DNA of 55,919 nt, filler included, from Basidiobolus ranarum (taxonomy: Eukaryota): assembly GCA_040143965.1 (NCBI GenBank). It is 3 parts of 3 records of this genome, joined end to end, with 100 filler letters (N's around TTAATTAATTAA, not from the genome) between each part and the next. Parts side by side here need not be neighbours in the genome. Positions count along the whole stretch, not along the records: positions 37,409 to 55,919 come from JASJQH010000274.1; 2 more parts are not named here. One strand, given 5' to 3'. The translations under genes were made by a program, and so were the position numbers. Shown one piece after another: positions 48,644 to 55,919 of this stretch (position 1 is the first letter of the stretch; every line of letters starts with the position of its first letter). A model generated the notes under the pieces. The model searched no databases and had not been told where the DNA came from. It saw nothing but the letters and a program-made list of their open reading frames with translations.

Positions 48644-50984
48644 TCATCCAGTTTTTGACTGAAGAAGTGATGTATTCAATAAAAGTGGGTCACTTTCATT
48701 AATCGCAATAGTGCCGTTTTTAAGGTAGCTATGGTTATTGGATTCTACCTTGGACAAGATATAATTATAATTCACCATCATGCCTAAGGACTGTTCAATT
48801 CCCTTTTCTGTAGGGATATAAAGATGTTACTTATGACCAGGGGCTTATTGAGGTAAATTTGCTAATGTACCTGAAGTATCCGCTAACCAGTTAATTCGAT
48901 GTACACAAGCTCCATTTCGTATATGAAAGTTGGCTATTAATCATGTTGAATACTCTTAGTTACCAAAAAGCAAGTTAACTCCTATTTGGAACACTTACCA
49001 ACTGGATCATACGCTAGGTGCCCCCGCTTTTGCTCCAGTAAGTATCTAAAAAAGGTCTCGAGTCATCATCTTGCAAAACCAGTACCAACTTCTTTCTAGG
49101 AACTTACCTAGAGCAAAGACGCATTAATGGTAATCTAACGGCGTCAGAAACCTTCGGATCTTCAAACCAAGATGGGGAATTAATAATATCCTATATTCAC
49201 ATGGTTTCCAATGTTAAAGTTAATAAGGGGAGGGTCCCAGTCGGATGCTACGAAATCTCTCACTTGGAATATCTGAAGTGGTTCTTTGCCATCCAAAACT
49301 GACAGCCGTTTCGCGTCTTCTTCCAATAAAATAATTGACCTCTGATTTGACAGTTGGCTGTCCAACCACCTTTTAAATTTAGGAATCGGGGATAGGGTGC
49401 AAAAGGTCTGGATCTGATGAAACTCCTCTTTGAGGACTCCGACCACTCGTTTGATTAAAAAGTTTCCTAATTCCACGCCAGATAAACCCCGTTGAGAAGT
49501 AATGGAATAAAAGATGGCAGAGCGAATTGTTTCTGAAGGATTAGTGTGGCCGGGAGAAGGGTCATTCAAGATTTTCTGTATCAAAAAGGTTAAGAATTGA
49601 AACTCATGAGAACAAGGTAGTATTGGATATGCATACCTGCACATTATCCGAGATATCAGTCACCAATGCTACTTGGACAAAAACCAACGGATCGTTAGGC
49701 ATGTTTCTATGGAAGAATCCGAAGCATCTTCTTCCACGTCCAACACGTCTAGTCATGAGATATATTAGCATGGATAAAGGGTCTCAGTTGCACACACACA
49801 TATATATATATCCTACCTTTTTAAATCATCCCAGTTGCTGAAAGCGTGTACAGCTTCGTATTGAGCTAGCTATACAAAATCATCAATATAGAGGGCTAAT
49901 TAAAGATTAATATACGTTCAGATTACCTTCTCCAACGTCGCGGCAGGAGAATTCCAGGTTATCCTTTCCAGCTCAAGAAAACCCAATAGCCAACCTTGTA
50001 GCTTTTCCATCAATGCATCATTCATCGAGGCGACATTCATATTAGACTTATCGTGACTCAAAATTTCCTATTGACAATTGTTGAGCCATTTGAAATGAAA
50101 TCAACCCTTTAATAGGAATCATTACCAACATGTCACTTCTCATGTCCACTAAGAACCGCATTCCTCCCGGAAGTTTATTAACGTGATCAAAGAATCGATT
50201 GTAAGGTGGAGCCAAGGTTTGATTCAAGATTTGTAGAGCTCTCAGCGTTGCTTTCTCTGCACCCTCCTATATCAATGATTCATGACGAAAAGTTCCATTT
50301 ACAAACGGAAGATAACATCGAAGCTTAGATGAGAGATTACCGTTCGGTTAGACGTGATATCTACATAATGTCTAGCAGCTCTTGTGATATCTTCTCTCGG
50401 CGCACCTAACGATCCCCCATTAACCATTTGCTTCCAAAATCAATCTAATTATCCGCTTTACCAAATTCTTCGCTCATTAATTTCAAAAATCCCGCTTTCC
50501 CTATCTATCATGAAGGGTTGAATTAGTAAGATAGAGGAAGGTGAGATCAACAAATGAGTTTGGTATGTCAAAATCAACCTCGTCCAAAGACTCGTATAAT
50601 TCACAACATTTCTTCGTTATAACAGAAGGGACTAGATCCCCATGAGTCTGTCCAAGGTTAATAACTGAACGTAAATGCTCAAGGATATATTGTTCGCTAG
50701 GAACAACACGCTGGGTTTCCGATTCTCCCAGAGAAAATAATCCTAAAAAGTGACTATCTGTAAATATGGAACACCTTCTATTTAAGATCAAGGATGAACT
50801 TACCTGGTTCGTGAGTGTAATTCGATATATCGTTCCAGTATGTTTTTACAACACTTGAGCCTACTGGCTCTACCGAATTCCTCTCCTGTTGAGGTATGTT
50901 TGGCTTGGTTTCGTTGCTCTTTTGACCGTTATTAGTTACAGCAAAGGGCTTTTGAGATTTACCATGAAAAGTGCGTCGATTCAT
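48644..50984 (-). CDS. MLYCD: Malonyl-CoA decarboxylase (MLYCD-like), many exons; start codon uncertain
   Basis: LPGGMRFLVDMRSDML, LELERITWNSPAATLEK, YEAVH, RRCFGFFHRNMPNDPLVFVQVAL, AIFYSITSQRGLSGVELGNFLIKRV, FCTLSPIPKF, DPV/ANFHIRNGA..RINWLADTS, GMMVNY. Confidence 0.92.
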
Positions 50985-52957
50985 AACGATAATGGCGGAA
51001 TTTAAACGAGTTGAAATCGAGAACTGAATGTTTCAAATAATCAAGTGTTGGTATGAGAACTTATGAGGAACTGAAGAAATATGAAAGAGAGGTCAAATAC
51101 TTTTATATTATTTTGACTAATTGAACGGAATATCGTAAGCCCTCTAAAAAATTCATGAACTATAGTTAACTTCAACCTATCGGTAGCGAAAGTCGACTCG
51201 GAACACAATAGAGGACATAGAAAAAAAGAAACCCCCCGAGGAAAGGTGCACTAACACGTACTTTAACATGAGCTGCGTATGGCAGAGAGTTCCAAAATTA
51301 TCAGAGGGAAAGAGCAGGGAATATATTTATGGGTGAAAACGAGTCGGGTGAAATCATGGTTCAAAAGTATGGAGACCGTGAACTGTGGGAAATTGTGGAT
51401 ATTTGTTAAGCTATTGATGAAAGGTGTGAAACTTTGGCCATAGCACTACATATTTTGCATGGTTAACTGGTGGCATTGAACTTGACCACTGAATATCTGA
51501 AGTATATTGAAATAGAGATAAAGATCAATCAGAGAGATTATCAAACGAGATTCAAGGCCTAAGCCTCGTTTTCGTACGTCACTGCATTTTCTGTGTGAAT
51601 TGATCAACCTGATAATGGAGTCCAATTTATAGCAACAGTCAACTCAGAAGCATATGTATGGTATGCAATATGTTGTCGAACCAAATCTAGAAAAATCTCT
51701 CTGCTGACCAAGCATTTGGGACTTTTATGTGTACAAGCAATCAAATAGTATGATATTAACAATTAGGGACGCTTGAATGCCGGGAGATTTTGATTTTTCA
51801 ACTCTTTATAGAAGTGAATGCAATAATCGTGTGACTTCTATACATGTCCCATTACACAGAGCGTGGGCATTTTTGAAGGCACTTTACCTTGGAGCTCATT
51901 CATTCCTGAAGAGCATCAATTGTACACTTCAAATTTGTCATATTATAAGTGCTATTATATATTGTGATTTTGAAGCACCATAAGCCAAGGGCAATGGTGA
52001 CTAATTTCAAGGTCTTCAGTGGCTCTGTTTTGTGAGTAGCCATATATCTTAATATGCTTTTTTTCATGAACAGGATGAACTTGCAAACATTTGGAATGAA
52101 TTTATTCCAGGCTCTAGTGTACAATGTCTGTGACATGTGTGCATTTTTAGCTAATCTAGTAACTATGGACCTTCATCAATACTTAGAAAATGAGATCTCA
52201 GGCTCATCTTTCATCTTCACCTTCAAATCCGGACTCCTGTTCATACCATTGGAACATTAAAATTCATCCTGAAATCCCCATGGGATTCTTTCTCATAGAG
52301 CAACACATGAATTATGCGCTAGGTAAAACAACATATTACTCAGAGACCAATTGAAAGGCTCCTGCTACTGTCACTGCAGTCCAATCGTTTGCTAGCTTAA
52401 GAATATATACAATACCTATGAAGCATATGACAAATCCTGTCCACCAATCACGTATTTAATAATGACTAAGATGTACCACAAAGGTCTTAGACCCATCTGC
52501 TGAAGTCTAGCCTGGTTAAAGTATACACCAAGCAAGAGAATGTTCGGGATTGCCAGAGATATCAACTAAAGTAGTGATAAGAAACATTTGGATGCTGACT
52601 GATAAGGTTAATGGATTTAAACTGACTTGGTACCATTTACCTCTTAGATTCAAAGCATCTTCGGGGAGAGTTTAACCGAACCGGGAAGAAATTGAAGTTT
52701 GAATATTCAGAAGTCCCCCATCGAAAGGTAATCATGACAAATTTATCACAGAGAACATTGGCTCAGAAAGCTTACAAATGTAGTTTGATATCCGATTGGC
52801 GACTGATTCGTGATCTATTACGACTCGTTTAAATTACAAGATAAATCAATAATATTCTTTAAACTGTATATCGTATGATATTATCACAGATAAGGTGAGA
52901 TTGGCTGGGTCGCATAATTGAAAAAATGGTTTACAATAAAATAAGAGTCAATTAACA

Positions 52958-54407
52958 TTATGTACGAGCCCACAATGTTCTATTTCGAACGAGACGAAGT
53001 GCCAAAAAGACCAGTCCTCCGATAAGCATAGCAATACCAGCATAAAGCATCACAGGAACATAAGTGTTACGAGGGCGACTGTAGTCAACAATGACTCCTC
53101 CAACTGGAATTCCAATAAGATATCCAAAGCCTGTAGAGGCGTAAACAAGTCCAATAGTGGTGGCAATCTTCTCAATTCCTAGTGCAGTTGTTTCAATATC
53201 AGGGATTTGAACTAATTATTACTAGACGATTGATTCAGCTATACTTACCAAAAAGTTCTGCAGACACCACAGGGAGCATACTAATGTAGCCACCACCAAA
53301 GAAGCCATAGAGAATCGAGAAGGCAAAAACAGAAGAGAATGTGCTAGCAAATGGCCAGAACACAAGAATGATGATAGAGTCGAGGAGAACACATAATGCA
53401 ATCGCGTTAATGCGACCTAGCTTGTCGGCCACTAGACCTAGAACTACTCTGCCAACAGCGGAGGCTCCATTTATGAAGCCTGTAATCAATGCGCCTTGAC
53501 TTGCAGACATACCATTGAAAACAGCATAGTCTGTATTTTTAAGCTAGGGTAAGTTTCCAAAGATGCAAGAATAAGATAACTCATGTACTTACTAGATACA
53601 TGGAAGAAAGGGATCATGTAACCAATGCTTAGAATGAAAGCACCACTAAAGAGAAGCTGGAAGTAGCGTTGTTTGAACAGGCTTAAATCAATTAGAGCAC
53701 CACGAGGTGGTGATTTCAACCTGGTTTTCAGTAAAGTAGAGGCAATTGATAAAATAACAAAAGCACAAATGCCAATAATCCGAAGAGTCCATCGAAATCC
53801 TACGACATCTATAAGTTTTCTGGTAATAGGACTAAGTGATAAACCACCAACGCCAGCGCCGGCAACAGCAATGCCAGTAGCAAGACCGCGATATTTTACA
53901 AACCACTGAGATGGTAGACTAACTGCCGGACAAAAGCATAATGAAGCCCCAATTCCGTATATCAACCCTTGCGTTACGTAAAGATGCCAAGGCTTTAGGA
54001 GTAATGCGGGGGTTAGTCTAAAGTAAGTTTTCAAGGAATAAAATGAACCTCACTTGGGTTGCAAAAGATGCGGCAACCAGTCCTCCGCCTATGAAGAAAC
54101 AACCAATAAAGGATATTACTCTATAACCATATCTATCCGCAAGATGACCAGTGCAAATACCAAAAATGGTCATGAAAGAAGTAGCAAAAGTTCCAATCAA
54201 CGATAGTGTGGACATTTTGACTTTCTGCTGAAAGAGGTCGTTGTAATAAAACTGCTGGTACACACCAAAAGTGTAGGATATTCCAAGGGTTACAAAGTGA
54301 ATTAGGAAGCTACTCAAGACCACGAACCATCCATACCCGCAATCAGGTGGTGGTACCTCGTTATTCTTTGGACTGATGTCTATCTTCTCTGCTGAAGGCT
54401 TTTCCAT
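52958..54407 (-). CDS. MFS monocarboxylate transporter-like (MCT/Mch family), 4 exons
   Basis: PPPDCGYGWFVV, TFGVYQQFY, LPSQWFVKYRGLATGIAVAGAGVGG, GRVVLGLVADKLGR; last exon ends ..LRLVRNRTLWART*. Confidence 0.92.
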
Positions 54408-55919
54408 ATTTTAGTATGCACGTATGAGTGCGTAGAAAACCTCTGCAAAAGTGCCGCCATCTTGACTCAAGAGATGCCTCATTTATAGTTGATGACCCGG
54501 TGCAGATAAGCTAACCGAAAAAAAGATTTGATTTGATCCAAATGTTACAGTGGTATAATTTGGGAAGAATTCGAATTTTCTGTATGAGAGCTGAGTCTGA
54601 TATCCAATTATCGATCACTGATTTGTTTACCCGAATCACGTTTACATACTTTCGACTCATAACTTAAGGCCCAATAAGACTTTGGTAAGGTAATCTCTAT
54701 ATTGGGACACTCTGTGGACTTATTCGTGCACTTTTTCAAATGGAGTATATTCTACGGTCTGCTCATTTATTAGTCAGAGTCTATTTATCTAAGCTTAATT
54801 GTGTATATATATAGAACACCATGGTTTAAAGAATTTATGGATCGATTTTGAACTAACGCCCTGAGTTTGATCAAGGTCAATCTCATATCTATGGAGCCGA
54901 GGTCCAACCCCTGGCCCGATAGAGTAGGTTCGGGCTCAAAAACGGTAGTGGTATATCTGATGCAAAAAGTCCAGTGCACGATGCATCCAAAATGGACTCT
55001 CAGCTAATACGAGGGCTATTGATACTTTTATGCTTAGCATAATAGCTTCCAGTGCATATTTTATAGAAGAGAACAGACGGGATATTCCAAAAGATATAGA
55101 TCTATTGACAGATTTTTATCTCGGAGGGGATATATGTCTAGCTATTGTTTGCCATCACCGACAGTCTAATAGACTAAGCTATATACACTATGTGGTTCTT
55201 GGCTGCAGGCCATTAATTTCCTTAAAATTGTTGTATAGCTGAACTAGCTGGACTTCACAAAAGTTCTCTAGACTACTTCTAGGATTGTTGTATGCAGCTG
55301 ATATGCTTTTATCACTATAGCAGGTCTTCTGATCAATCCAAAAGTATGGTTTGTTATTTCCCATGCGAGCTCTCTAATAGGAAATGCTTGATCCCACTCC
55401 ATTCTGCAGGAGTACGGACTGCATTTAGCGCACTACATTCAAACTGGTGTTGTATGCAAGGGATGTTTGATTCGTATTTCATTGCAAAATCAAGAGACCT
55501 AAAAGCTGTATCAGTTTCTTGAATCATATACTCTCCGTAGGAATTAGGGGTTATCGTTACTCCCTGTTGCCAAGCTAAAGAAGAGAAATTTTGATCGCGA
55601 CTCATATCTTGGAAGTTTCTAAGCACCGTACCAGAAGGGTTTTCGTTAGACAAGAACATTTTTCTTTAGCATATGACATGGGCAACGAAACTAGCAAGCA
55701 TTTTATAGATCTTCCATTCGGATACCGAAAGACAGGAAAGACTCAACGCGTATCTATACATTTCCCCTACAATAGCCGTGAAAACAGTGAGTATGTTCGT
55801 GATGTACATCTAGTAATGATGTCATCATCCATAGAGAGTGAGGAAGAGGATGATGATGATGGAGAAGGAAAGGAGTGCGTTGAGGCGGAGAGGTACGTAC
55901 CAAATAATGAGGAAAATAC

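Noticed and set aside
1..55919. CRISPR arrays, rRNA genes, prokaryotic operons, recoding or selenocysteine signals
   Set aside because: None seen. The DNA is spliceosomal-intron-containing eukaryotic sequence, and apparent in-frame stops in genes are explained by introns.

Overview
Eukaryotic, AT-rich, intron-containing DNA (GT..AG introns mostly ~50-70 nt). It most likely comes from an early-diverging fungus: EFL, malonyl-CoA decarboxylase, a 7TM-RGS protein and a secreted trypsin suggest Zoopagomycota, e.g. Basidiobolus-like (inference). Two 100-nt N gaps carrying an artificial TTAATTAATTAA linker split the window into three contigs. Genes recognised: PCF11; a Ca-binding ATP-Mg/Pi mitochondrial carrier and an NAD+-type mitochondrial carrier (divergent pair); a trypsin with a GPI-like tail; heme oxygenase; the 3' part of elongation factor-like EFL; an intronless 7TM-RGS gene; a small orphan gene; PHO84 plus a head-to-head near-identical second copy; importin alpha; an FSH1-type serine hydrolase; LST8; SEC62; malonyl-CoA decarboxylase; and an MCH-type MFS transporter. 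A ~6.2 kb nearly CpG-free island of decayed transposons (Ty1/copia core, three ~340-bp LTRs, LINE-like debris) lies at ~4640-10845, with more LTR fragments at ~19200-20370. The most intriguing candidate is an unusually long PCF11 intron. It contains a normal-distance alternative acceptor, a 16-codon terminal exon and a stop codon overlapping AATAAA, which could be an intronic-polyadenylation autoregulatory switch like that of vertebrate PCF11.
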